Of a stretch of DNA of 64,000 nucleotides, positions 51,596 through 64,000 are shown piece after piece (the stretch's first letter is position 1; each line of letters starts with the position of its first letter). The position numbers and the translations under genes are program-made. The notes beneath the pieces are model-generated. The model was not told the DNA's origin, ran no database searches, and saw only the letters and a list, made by a program, of their open reading frames with translations. This DNA is from Ginglymostoma cirratum (Eukaryota): NCBI GenBank assembly GCA_024137785.1, contig JAHRHZ010000054.1, positions 20,082,846 to 20,146,845 on the forward strand, in the 5' to 3' direction.

Positions 51596-52539
51596 GGGGC
51601 GGGATGTCCAACTCAACTGCTTCCTCTTCTTTATTCACTCACCCCTAGACTGGTCACAACAATGTTAATTGAAAAGGACTTTGGGGACACCTTTATCCCA
51701 GACCAATGTTTATGCTCTAAAAGGAGAGAATTTTCTTCTGTTAAAGAAAACGTGTATTTATTAGTTATTGAATGTGAGATGAAGCAGAAGTATAACTCAC
51801 ATATACCCAGATTATGAATGAAAAGTGAATCCAAGAAAAATATAAATCACAAAAGATGTACAGATTAGTCTCCACGTAATTTTTGAAGAATAGATAATGG
51901 AAAGTTGTTGCCATTATGTTGAGTGACATTAATAACATTGATATTGACCATTGCAGAGTCAATTCTGATCTTCTTGTCTTTGCAGGTTAGCTGAAATTCT
52001 TTCGTCCTCTTTCCTCTTTGTTGGTGCCTGGCTCCTCCACTCAAGGCGAGAGAATGTCTTCTTTCAGCCTATAGTGCAGGATTGCCTAGTGACTGTCCTC
52101 AAACTGCATCCTTTATAATACCCTAGTTGGTTGCAGTTGGTGTTCAACCTATCATATTTTTTATTCCTCAAAGTGTAAAATGCAAAATGTGTCTTTTGAC
52201 TCATGCCTTTGATCTGGAATATAACCTACAGGAAATATACTCCTGCTGAAAGGAGGTAATTAGGTTGCCTTGCACCTTTGCTTTTTGAAGTCTCTGTCTT
52301 TATAGCTCCTTTGACACCCTACAAGGTAAGACATCCCAGGGTAGATGCAGGGAATATTTCAGCAGTCATTGATTGAATTCTTAGAAGTTACATTATTGAC
52401 CAGGCTTGACTTGAAGGTTTGGTTTAAAAAAAAAACAAGTCTTGTCCAAAAGTTCAATATACTTGTCAGTAAATTGAGTCTTGATCTGTCACCATAATAA
52501 TGAGAAGTGTTAAATAGTATTCCTCTGAGTCCAGTCCAA

Positions 52540-53660
52540 AGAGAATGAGATTTTTTTCTCTCAGAGGTTTGATAGTGTGTGGAATGCTCCTTAGCCAGAA
52601 GGTAGTGGAGGCAGGGTCTCCAAATATATCGACACTGAGTTAGGTGGATTTTTGCCAGCTAAGAAAATTAATGGTGATGGAGTACAGATGGGAAGGTTGG
52701 GATAAACCTCAATTAGATCAGCCATGATCTTATTGAACAGTGGTACAGGCTTGTAATGTCAAATAGCCTACTTCTCCTAAGTCCTATGTTCCTTTTAGTC
52801 CAAGGTTACAATGGTCAGGACAGGGACACTGTCCTGACAAAAGTCCTGCAGAGGTGTCCTGGAGCTGGGATGACTGAATTTCAACTACCTCATCATTTTC
52901 CAGTGGAGATATTCCCCCTGAATTCCACTGAGCTGGGTTTGCTTGAACACCTTAAACTCACACGCAGTCAAATGTTACCTTGATGTCAAGGACTGTGTTA
53001 ATCAGATTTAGAGGCTGGAACAGAAAGAAACAGTCTGGGAGATACTGTTAGGAACAGCAGGGAAAAATTATTGTTCTCTGGTGGCTACCAGGCAGAATGC
53101 AGAAACATATGAAACAGGAGCAGGCTATCTAGCCCATTAGATCTGTTCCATCATTCAATATGTTCAGAACTGCTCCTCCATTTCAATGCCATACTCCTGC
53201 TTTCTCCCCATATACCTTGACATCTTTAGTAACTAGGAATCAGTTTCTTTCTTAAGTATATTCAATGGCATGACCTCCGTAGCTTTTCATGGTACAGAAT
53301 TGCATAGGTTCATCACCATCAGAGTGAAGACATTTCTCCTCGTCTTAGTCCTAGATGGGCTACTCCATATCCTGAGACCATGACTGCTTGTTCTAGAACC
53401 CTGAAAGGGGAAGCATCATATCTGCATCCATTCTGTCAAGACCTTTCAGAATTTTATACATTTCAATGAGATTCCCTCTTAATCTTAGAAACTCTCATAA
53501 ATACAGGCCCTACTTGACCCAAGCTATTCCTATACAACAATCCCACCATTCCAGGAGTTAGTCTGGTGAACCTTTTAGAACTCCCTCTATAGCAAGTAAA
53601 TCCTTTCTCAGGCAACAAGACCAAAATTGCACTGTACTCCAATGTGGTATCACCAGGACA
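52540..53660. mobile_element. CR1 3' fragments (+ about 52540-52795; - about 53100-53660)
   Basis: CR1 tails and the KRFTRLTPGM motif. Confidence 0.8.
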
Positions 53661-53834
53661 TTCTTGCTCCTGTACTGATCTTAAATTCTTTTTGACCCTC
53701 TTCCTTTCCCTGCACATGCAAATATGTTCTCTGGTCAAAGAAACGGAACCTGGTGAGCCAAAGAGAAGGAATCCTCAAAGTGGGCCTTGGAAGTGGTACA
53801 GAGCTTCTCAGAAGATGATGTTCAATCTACTTTA

Positions 53835-54008
53835 GGTTCACTAATGTTCTGTAGGAAAGGCAACTGCTGCCCTTACCTCGACTGGCCTACATGTGACTCT
53901 AGACCCACAGCACTGTCTTTGACTCTTGACTGTCATATTGGTGATTAGGGATGGGCAATAAATGCTGGCCTGGCCAGCAATACCCACAGATACTATGATT
54001 TAAAAAAA
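53835..54008 (+). mobile_element. tRNA-SINE family 2, 3' half
   Basis: gggatgggcaataaatgctggcctggccagc tail. Confidence 0.85.
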
Positions 54009-56917
54009 AGGACTCTGGATGTTATAACTCATTGGCAGCTAAGAATAGCTTTGGACTGGTTCCTTTAAGAACCACAGTTACACTGAGGGTGCGTCACTAC
54101 ATTTAAACTAGCATAGTGTCATGTTTGTGTTAAGAAACTAATAAGAAATACCTGTTCCATAGTTTAGAGGATTAATGGCTAACTAAGGAATGTTTTGTCA
54201 ATGTTGATCTTAATTTGTTTATTATAGTCAAGGTGTTAAAATTTGAAACCATGTTGTTCTATTTCTTTAGGTTGATAACAGGAAATTCAAATCCCTGTCT
54301 AACTATCGTTGGTCTCTACAGGAACCAAACTAATATCCTATCTGTGATACCACACTTAGTTCTAAAAATACATGCAGAAAAAGAACAAATTTCAAGGAAG
54401 CAGTGAATTAAGGAGCTGCCCTTTCATCTTCAGAACCATGGTATGTATTCAGTCCACTCTTTTTGTTGCTGGGAGGGCTTTGAGTGAAAATAGTTTAGAG
54501 AAGTCTCCACCTAGTTTTGTGTATGTGTGTTGGAATTCAGCACAGATTGGCACTGTTAGTAAACAAGGACAGATGGGAGAGGAAATGAAAATGTCGCATT
54601 AAAGAGCAGGAAGGAGTGCACTGCTCAGGATTTGCTTAAGGCAACTGGGTAGAGGAAAAAGAGTTTTACCACTGCCATCTGATCCATCTGGCCTACAGAG
54701 CCCACAGTTGCAAATAAAGGATAATAAGTATTAAACACCAGCAATGTTCAGCAATCTTTGCTAAGTGTAAAATTAACCAAAAAATAAATCTATAAAAATG
54801 AGCTGCCAATTCTAAATCTGCTCAATAATACTGTCTGAAGAGGCATCTTGTACAGTAGAATGTGCCCTTTCCGTGGCATATTCACAAATTGTGCTTTTTA
54901 TACCAGAATCTGCTGTAATAGTACATCTACCAGTGTCCACCATTCATTAGATTTGCACATACATCTCCAAATATTTTTGTCAATTAACTTGCTAAAAACA
55001 TGAACTTGTACAGTGAGGGAAACAGACCTGTGTGAACAGGACAACCAGCAGGGTACCTGATGACCCTGTTCATGACATTAGACTGTGCACATTTGGGGAT
55101 GGTCAGTGGCCAGCCCTTGTAGCCATTTCTCACTTCCACTCTGCCCCACAGCTGCCTTGACCAATCTAGTGCCACTCAGTGACTTACCTGATATGACTCA
55201 GGGTCTTTATCTTCTGTAGGGGAGTTTTCTGTTTCCAAGAGCTATCAGGTAATTAGAGCACTGCCAACAGTGAGTAATGCTGGAGGCCCAGGCAGCAGTG
55301 AAAAGTTTGCATCAATAGGAAGAGTTGGGAGGTCCCAGAGAAAGGGGCAAGGTGTTGGACAGGTGAAGCTTGGACCTGTGCGTGGTTTCATATCTCCATT
55401 GGGTAAGGGCCATCAGGGTAGAGGGGAACCATGCCCCCAGGCTGCAGGCTTACCTGCCAGATTTACCTCGTAGGCGAACACATTGTGGTGCCCCACTGAT
55501 GACAGAACAAGGTCCTCCATTGTTCCTCAAGGGGCTTGTGGGAAGATGGTAGGAGAATGGGATTGAGAAACAGGTCAGCCATGATTGAATGGTGGAGCTG
55601 ACTTGATGTGCCGAATGGCCTAATTCATATCCTCCATCTTATGGAAGGCTATTCTTGTGCCTTTCAGGCTTGGACATTAGATAGGGGAGCCAGAGAAGTG
55701 ACACACTGCACCTTCCAACCTGTTGAACTGAGCTGCCCTCACCGATGACCCACCCTCTGATGGAGCAAAATAACATTCCATCCAGGGCTTTACAAAGATA
55801 AACATTCATAGCATGCCCGCACCGCATTTATTGCTTTCCCCTAATCGTCAGCCATGTTGGTGAGAGACTGGAGTCACATGTAAGCCAGACCAGGTGAGGA
55901 CAAAATATTTCCTTCCCTGAGGACATTAGGTTTGAACCAAATGATTTTATTTATGACAACTGACATAGTCACCATTAGGTAAGCTTTTTATTCCAGACTT
56001 TTATTGAATTTATTGTTATGCATGGATTACCTATTGTGAAATTCTACTTCAAAAGTACAATGTGATTGTAAGACAAAATGGGACATTCTGACACTTTGTG
56101 TTCATTGTTATAAATTGGATGAGTGAGTTTTTTTTACTTTGCAAACTTTGTGCAACATAGAGATATTCTATTTCTTCAGGTGCTTGATTGTTAGCAGGTT
56201 CTACAGACTTCAATCAAAAGCTCTTCAAGTAGAGTAGTACAGTGCTTACGCACTTCCATTACTGTGAATAACCACTTATCCTTCTAAATTAGTCCTAGAC
56301 AGCTTTCAGCCTCACTTCAATTAAGTAATTAACTTTTACTTCTTTTTAGCGTCAGTTTTCACATCTTTGTAATGTATAACTTTACTAAAAACTAGACATG
56401 ATGGAAATGATTTCCTCAATGTTGTCAACAATATGGACCTTGCTGTAACTCAGATTGTGTTCTGAGAAGGAACAGCCCCACATCTATCGCTTATATAAGC
56501 CAAGTTCTTGTTTCCAAGTCTGGTTTCTCAGACTCTGAATATCACATATCAGATGCTACAGGCACGAGCCAGTTTGAAGGAAAGTGAAAAGAATCAGATG
56601 AGATGATCATTTCAAGACAAATTCATCTGGCTCCTGAGAGCTGCCAATAGCTTACAACTGACTGCCACTCTTAATGACTCTCTCATTAATTTCACAATGT
56701 TACTCAGGGAATTGCTTTCGAATTTACTTAAAATCCTTTTCTTTTAGCAAATAAACCTTGTAGCCTTAAAGAGACAAATCTGCAGCAGAATGGTATATTT
56801 GCATGGCATATGAGTAAGTGTCCGAAATCTTGTAAATAGACCTGGGTTTTAGTTTATTAAGGTATAGGTTAGCTTAACTTGGCTATTTTTGGGAGTTTTC
56901 TTTTAACAACACATTTT

Positions 56918-57232
56918 GGGCAGCATGGTGCTCAGTAGTTAGCACTGCTGCCTCATAGTGCCAGGGACTCAGGTTCACATCTAGCTCTGGGAGACTGTTT
57001 GTGTGGAGTTTGAACATTCTCCCCATGTCTGCGTTGTTTCCTCCCACAGTCCAAAGATGTCCAGGTTAGGTGGATTGGCCATGTTAAATTGCCCATAGTG
57101 TCCAGGGACGTGCAGGCTAGGTGGATTAGCCATGGCAAATGCAGGATTACAGGGATTGGGCAGAACGTTCTTCGGAGGGTCAGTGTGACTCAATGGGCCA
57201 AATGGCCTTCTTCCACACTGTAGGATTCTATG
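56918..57232 (+). mobile_element. HE1/V-SINE
   Basis: tRNA head, gtgtggagtttgaacattctcccc V domain and gattctatg tail. Confidence 0.92.
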
Positions 57233-57560
57233 TTTTACATTCACTGTAGTTAGCAAACAATTTATTGTTTAAAAACAAACCATTTTGTGACTCATGGTTA
57301 TACTATCATGGTCTCGTTACTCACCACTATTATTTCATTATAGTGAGAAACTACCAACAGACGATTATATCAGAATTACATCAATTCAATTATATTGAAT
57401 TAAGGAATTAATAATAGCATAACTAAGGAAGGCTGGGTCTTTACTAACATTATTTTGTTAGTGTCATTAACTACATCTGGTCTACATCTAGCCAATAGGG
57501 AGGGCATGGCTTGGTGGTGTTATCACTAAGCTACTACCAAATACCCAGGTGACATTTTAA

Positions 57561-57863
57561 GGGTGGCATGGTGGCTCAGTGGTTAGTACTGCTGCCTCAC
57601 AGTGCCAGGGACCCAGGTTTGACTCCACCCTCAGGCAGCTGTCTGTGTGGAGTTTGCACAATCTCCCTGTGTCTGTGTCAGTTTCCTCCCACAGTCCAAA
57701 GATGTGCAGGTTAGGTGGATTGGCCATGCCAAATTGCCTGTAGTATTCAGGGATGTGTAGATTAGGTGAGTTATATGGGAATAGGTCTGGGTGGGGTGCT
57801 CCAAGGGTCAGTGTGGACTTGTTGGCCAAAGGGCCTGTTTCCACACCGTAGGGATCCTATGAT
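57561..57863 (+). mobile_element. HE1/V-SINE
   Basis: ggtggctcagtggttag A box, V domain and CR1-like tail. Confidence 0.92.
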
Positions 57864-58364
57864 AGAAGGCTCAGGTTCAAGACCCACCTGTCCTGGACAT
57901 GCATCATTCTACCAACAGGTTGATTGAAAAATATTCAAATACAAATTTAAGCTGTTTGTAGAAAAGAGAATAGCCATCTAAAGCCTCTAATCATTTTGGC
58001 CTGACCCTGGATGACCAAAAGCAATATCCATAATGAATGGAGGCTTGTATTGTTTCAGATAAGGAAAGGTCTTGAAATGTTAGATTGTCTTCATGTTCAA
58101 GAAATACTGCACAAATAGTCCAATCCAATGAAATTAACCTAACACCATAATTGGCCAATTAACATTTTTTCTGAATCAAGATGAGGTAATGCCAGAATAG
58201 AGGTTCAAAGTAAGGTCTCGAGAACTATTTTACGAATAGACCAGGAAGAAGAAAGTGTACACTCAGTTCTGAGTGTAGAAATAATCATTCTGGGTGTGCT
58301 GTATGTTCGCGGTGCCAGGATTTTGTCCTTGTGGGAACCAGAGATCATTTTCATTTCTATCTGG

Positions 58365-58580
58365 ACTGGGTTGTTGGCTAGCTCAATTGGCTGGATAGCT
58401 GCCTTGCAATACAGAATGACACCAATGGCTTCAGTTCCATTCCTGTATTGGCTGAGGTCAGCGTGAAGGTCCTGCCTTCACTACCTCACCCTTTGCCTGA
58501 GGGGTGGTGACCCACAGGTTAAACCATCATCAATTGTCTCTCTCCCTGCAATGAAAGAGAGCAGGTGACTTTACGTTTGT
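58365..58580 (+). mobile_element. Probable further tRNA-derived SINE
   Basis: tagctcaattgg A-box-like and agttccattcc B-box-like motifs; ends gactttac. Confidence 0.55.
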
Positions 58581-59150
58581 ACTTGGGGCTGATCATCCAA
58601 TGAAAGTTGTAAAGTCTGTAATATATTCTCAATAAGACTATCTCTTTCTTTCCACCCTTTTCTATTAAATAATTATATTATTTTCTATCTCCTTGTCTGG
58701 TTCATTGCCTGAAGTTTGAGTCTTTGCCGAACTAAAATGGCTTAAATGATTAATTTGGTATTGGGTAATTTGTTGTGTACAACTAAATTAAACTAAATCT
58801 AAATTTTAAATTGAACACCCTTTTTAAACTCACTGTCTTGCCATGATCAATCAATGAAGACATTCAAATAAATGTTTAACTCTGGCGACTCTATTTCAGT
58901 TTGGGTTCCACTGAGCAAACGGGGAATTTACTAATAAAGAAATAGAAGTTGTTAAAATGTGAAGTTATTGAGTTTGTTACGTTTTAGGACTGTTTGTTAA
59001 ATTTAATTAAATGGTGATGTGAAGTGATTCATGTTACCTTCGTAGCAATTCTTTTGCACAATGTAGATACCATGGCTAAGATCTCATTTATTGCCCATCC
59101 ATCATTGTCCTTGAGAAGGTGATGGTGAGCTGCTTTCTTGAACGACTGTA

Positions 59151-61711
59151 CAGTCAGTTCTGCTGTAATGCGTTAATTGCATTCCTGTGCAACTTTGCAT
59201 TATAGAAAACTGAGCTATAGAAATAACGCGGCCTATGGGAATAGCGAGGTTAGGGGCAGGCCACCAAAACATATCATTCAAAGTCACTCAAAAATCACTG
59301 AAAAGCCTAACATAAGGGATAACACAGTTTGAATAAATGTTTAATTCATATTTAATAATGAAATAAAAGTAAATTTAACACCTTACCTTGAAAAAATGTC
59401 AAGGTGACTTGATGCGGGAGGAGGCTTTGAGATTGCTGTGTTGTTAATGCAGGGGCTGAGGGTCATCATCATCATCATCATCATCATAATCACCTTCAGG
59501 TGCAGTTGTGGTTACAGGGTTAGGGCGAAAAATAGTTAATCCAGAAGTGGACGGTTGTGGTTCATTGTCTTCTGACAGTTTCTTGGGGGTTGGCTTGAAA
59601 AAGTCATCCAGTTTTTGCTGCTTTGCCCTTTTTCTTCTTTAGTGAAGAAGCTGCTCATAAGGTGCCAAGTAAGATCTTATTCCATGAACTGCTACCCTGC
59701 TGCGCTCTGCATTGTAATCATTGTCCTCTAAGAGCTGCAATTGCTTCTCATTTTCCCTCAAGGATAGAAAACAAAAAAAGGAGTGGAAAGCTCTTATGGT
59801 GCTGTATCCTGGACTTCATCTTCTTCATCTCCAGCTTCCACTTCCCCCTCAGCAACAAGCTGTTGTAGATAAGCTTTAGAAAGGACTTTGCAGTGGGACT
59901 CAAGCAGCCCTTCATCATCCTCACTCTCCACTTCTTCAAATCCAACTTACTTTGCAAGATCAACACAATATTCTTTGATTCTTGGGAGCTCCTCTGAATG
60001 ATCAAAGCCTTTAAAATCTTGAAAAAATCTGGGAGAAGCTTCCGCCAAACAGCATGCAAGCAGTCCTTATTGACATCACCCTAGGCCTCCATGATAATGT
60101 CAATTGCATTCTTGATGTTGAAGCTCTTCCAAAATTGAAGAGCACTGTCCTTATCCTGCTCAGTGGCTGCAATCAGCCTCTTAAATGTGCGCCTTAAATA
60201 ATAAGCTTTAAAAGCTGCTATTGCACCCGGGTCCATGGGTTGAAGGAGAGAGGTTGTGTTTGGGGGTAGAAATAGCACTTTGATGTTTTCAGAAAGCTCA
60301 CCAGTGGTGGGAGGATCACTTGGTGCATTATCCACGAAGAAGGATTTAGACCCGAAACGTCAGCCTTCCTGCTCCTCTGATGCTGCTTGGCCTGCAGTAT
60401 TCATCCAGCTCTACACCTTGTTATCTCAGATTCTCCAGCATCTGCAGTTCCTACTATCTCTAAGAATTTTGAAATCCAGATTCTTTTTTCCTGCAATACT
60501 TTCTAAAAACATCTTTCAAGACAACAACAATAAGGTCAGAAAAAAATTGCTGCGTCATCCAACCTCTTTTACTTGACCTAAAGTAGACTTGAGGTAACCT
60601 TTCAAGGCTCGCGGGTTGGCAGAGTGATGCACCATCACAGGCTTAGGCTTTAAGTCCCCATGGGCATTGGCACCCAGCAGCACAGTCATATGATCCTTTG
60701 CCACCTTCAAGCCTGGAGAGTGTGCTTCATTCATAGAAATGTAGGTTCTTGATTGTATTCACTTCCAGTAAAAACCTGTCTCATCCAAACTGGATGTAGC
60801 CTTCTTCATCAATTAATTCTTTTTACAGTGGGAGGAAATGCCATCTCATGCTCTTCATCTGCCCTGGCAGCTTTGCCACATAACTTTACATTATGAAAAG
60901 CATAGTGGTTCTTGAAACCAGCAAACCAGCCACTGCTAGCACTGAAGGCAGGCACATCTGCAGGATTTTCAGCTTTTTTTCTTCGATCTTCTTAAATTGA
61001 TAAGGCTTTCTCTTTTATTGTGAGAAAGTTGGTCCCAGATCACTTTTTCATTTGATCTCCGATTCACACACTTAGAAGCCGCTCCATCTCGTCAAGTTCC
61101 TTTGTCCATGACCTTGCAGATTTGCTAGCACTCAGGCTTGTTCCAGCAATACAGCTTGCTTTAATCTTTTCTGCATTGTCTCTAATGGTGTGTAACGTAG
61201 ACTCCTTTATTCCTGTTACATGAACTATATCACATGTTCTCTCATTACACTCAAAATGCTTTATAGCATCAAGATTTTCTTCCAGTGTTATAGCCTTTCT
61301 TTTATGTTCACCACCCAATTTTATCACCAGGATGAAATTTTATCACCAGGATGCTTCTTTCTAACATTCTTGTCACTTTGTCCTTGCACTTTTGTGGGGG
61401 ACATGGCAGAATTTGCAAAAAAAAATGAAAATCACGGAAAATTGTACCTCTCACAGAAAGCACTTCATGACAAAATCTACGAAATGATCACATGATGCCA
61501 GCGCAGAGACTCTTTTAGCGCTAACATTGCACATGCTCAGGACAAATACCGCAAAATGATCATGTGATGTCAACATATACTCCTCCGCGCACCAATGGAA
61601 TGGTGTTGTAGCCAACACAAGTTCATATTTTAGAAATAGCGTTCCCTTGTTCGTCAGTCACATTATGGCCAAGTCACGTTGCCAGAACACGCGTTATAGC
61701 AGAACCGACTA
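59151..61711 (-). mobile_element. Full-length decayed Tigger/pogo DNA transposon (transposase pseudogene)
   Basis: About 22-bp TIRs cagtcagttctgctgtaatgcg / cgcgttatagcagaaccgacta with TA duplication. CENP-B-type HTH (KRKAITLEE...), DETG, DNAP and FLPPNTTSLLQPMD motifs, acidic tail. Stops and frameshifts present. Confidence 0.95.
60336..60461 (+). mobile_element. Mini-element subfamily B inserted in the Tigger transposase
   Basis: gaagaaggatttagacccgaaacgtcagcc...catctgcagttcctactatctct, sitting between FKIL and VDNAP of the transposase. Confidence 0.88.
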
Positions 61712-62119
61712 TAGTCCTTTGGGTGTAGATTCATCCACAATAATATTTGGGAGGAAGTTCCTGGATTTTGACTCGATGACCTCTGAAGGAATAGTGATTT
61801 CCAAGTCAGGATGGTAAGCGGTTTGGAGGGGAACTTGCAGGGGTGGTGTCTTTATCGTGAGGAGGTTGCAGGTTCCGAAAGGGCAGTTTAATAGCCTTGA
61901 TGAAGTGCAGAAGTGCATCATGTAGGTGATAGACACTACTGCCACTGTGCGTCGGTCTAAGATGGAATAATTTTTGAAGGTGGTGAATGTGATGCCAGTC
62001 AAGTGGGCTGTTTGTCCTTGATGGTACCGAGTATCTTGAGTCCTTATCCAGGCTGTTGTGGAGTATTCCATCACAGACCTAACTTGTGCCTTGTAGGTAG
62101 TGGACAGGCTTTGGTGAAT

Positions 62120-64000
62120 CAAACAAATTTCTAATGGGAGATAGGGAAATGGCAGAGAAACAAAATGAGTATTTTGTATCTGTTTTCACTGAGGAAGATG
62201 GAAGAAATCTCAGGAAGTTAGAGATACAAGTGACTAGGGACAATGAAGAGTTGAAGGAAATAAATATTAGTAAGAAGGTTACCAGAGAAAATAATGGAAC
62301 TGGAAGTTATTAAAGCCATAGGACATGAAAATTTACATTTAAGAGTGTTGAAGAATGTAGCTTTGGAGACAGCATCGTCCAAAATTCCATGCGTTCCATA
62401 TGTCCATAAGATAATGGAGCAGAATTAGGCCATTCAGCCTATTGAGTCTGCTTCACCATACAATCGTGGCTGATATGTTTCTCAATCCCATTCTTTTGCC
62501 TTCTCCCGGCTACCCTTGATTCCCTTACTAATCAAGAGCCCAGTTATTTCCGTCTTAAATACACTCAACCTGGCCTCCATACCTTCTGTGGTAATGATTT
62601 CCACAGGTCCACCACTTGAAGAAATTCTTTCTCATCTCAATTCTAAAGGTTCATGCCCTCACTCTGAGCCTGTACCGTTGGCCCTAGACTCTCCTACTAA
62701 AAGAAACATCTTCTCCACGTCCACTCCATCCAGGCGTTTTAGTAATCTGTAAGTTTCAATGGGATCCCCTCATCCTTCTAAACTCCATTGAGTACGGTCC
62801 CAGAGTCCTTATGTGCTCCTTATATGACAAGCCCTTCATCTCCCGAACCATTCTTGTAAACCTCCTCTGGATCCTCTCCAAAGTCGGCACATCCTTCCTA
62901 AGATATGGAGCCCATTCTGGAATAATTCCTTCAGATTGGGAGCTTGCAAATGTCACCCTCGATTTAAGAAGGAACAAGAGAAAAAGTAGGGAACTACAGA
63001 CCAACCAGCCTTACACAAATGATGCTAGATTTGTAGTGTTCCTCTTCAGCAAATTCTGTTTTAGTTTGCATCTGTGTGCTTTGTTTTATTTTAGCCTTGC
63101 ATCAATATGAGGGAAAATGACAGAATCTATCCTAAAGGATATGGTAAATGGATAGTTGGATAAAAATAATCTAAATGGAGATAGCATGGATTTACAAAGG
63201 CAAGTCATGTTTAACAAAGTATTTGGAGGTTTTTGAGGATGTTACTAAAGAAATTGATAAAGGAAGTCAATAGAAGAATTCTGAAGAAGGGCCTCGACCT
63301 GAAATATCAACTTTCTGCTTCTCTGATGCTGCCTGGCCTGCTTTGCTCCTCCAGCTCCACACTGTGTTATCTATATAATGGAAGAGATACACTTGAATTT
63401 TCAGAAGTTTTTTGATAAAGTCCCTGAGGAGGTTGGTTAGTAAAATTAAAATGCATGGGGTAGGAGATGATGTACTGGCACAGATTAGTAATTTGCTAAC
63501 AGGCAGAAAACAGACAGTAGGAATAAACAGGTCATTCTCACATTGACAGACTGTGCCTAGTGGGGTACTACAAGGATCAGTGCTTGGACCCCAGCTGTTC
63601 ATAATGCCTTCGATATAATATTTCCAAATTTGCAGATGGCTCAAAGCTAAGCAGGAATGTGTGTTGTGCGGGAGATATAAAACATTTTCAGGAGAATTTG
63701 GACCGGCACAGTGATCAGGCAAGAACACAACAGATGGAATATAATGTGGTGAATTGTAAGGTTAGCAACATTGGTAGGGAAAAGAGATGTGCAGAGTATT
63801 TCTTTAATAAGAGATTGGAAAATGTAGATGTGTAAAGGGACCTAGTTGTCCTTGTTCATGAGTCACTGAAAGCTAACATGCAGGTGCAGCAAACTGTTAG
63901 GAAAGCTAATGGTATGTTGGGCTTCATTGCAACAGGATTTGGAGTTTGAAAGCTGCCTTTGGTTGGATAAGAGCTTGGTCAGAGCAGACATGGAGTGCTG
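62120..64000 (+). mobile_element. Decayed CR1 ORF2 with a nested opposite-strand CR1 3' fragment (about 62400-62912)
   Basis: IPSDWELANVT, catggattt (HGF) and gtactacaaggatcagtgcttggaccc; on (-) LERIQRRFTRM. Confidence 0.9.
63275..63372 (+). mobile_element. Mini-element (B-like) with a mutated hammerhead core
   Basis: CTGAAGA-A-GGGCCTCGACCT-GAAATATC followed by the ctgatgctgcctggcctgct body. Confidence 0.8.

Larger units (their letters stand above)
59080..62120 (-). mobile_element. Second non-LTR family 3' fragment, split by Tigger (59080-59150 and 61714-62120)
   Basis: QSLSTTYKAQVRSVMEYSTTAW. The sequence is continuous across the Tigger (aacgactgTA|gtcctttggg). Confidence 0.85.

Noticed and set aside
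56918-57640. tRNA genes
   Set aside because: The tRNA-like heads run into the V domain and LINE tail, so they are SINEs.
59400-61400. Functional TIGD/CENP-B-like host gene
   Set aside because: Frameshifts, stops, an insertion next to a catalytic motif, and retained TIRs.

Overview
This is vertebrate nuclear DNA, most likely from a shark (inferred from HE1/V-SINEs, Deu-domain SINEs and dense CR1 LINEs). It is not prokaryotic, and nearly all ORFs in the track are repeat-derived or spurious. The only host gene I can support is APCDD1 (a Wnt inhibitor) on the minus strand. Coding exon 1 (12376-12445, signal peptide) and exon 2 (3589-3769) join in frame across an 8.6 kb GT-AG intron; the later exons lie left of the window. 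The roughly 51 kb upstream is a transposon mosaic: CR1, L2, RTE and Penelope fragments, about five SINE families, a solo LTR and a full-length decayed Tigger/pogo. The most interesting signal is about 11 Penelope-type mini-insertions in two subfamilies (mostly 70-140 bp units). They carry a minimal hammerhead-ribozyme motif, several have 15-17 bp target-site duplications (TSDs), and their 5' ends cluster at the ribozyme. One copy has captured 210 bp of nearby intron DNA in inverted orientation. Penelope hammerheads are a known class, so novelty would be at family or mechanism level only. Boundaries of old repeats were read by eye and are approximate.
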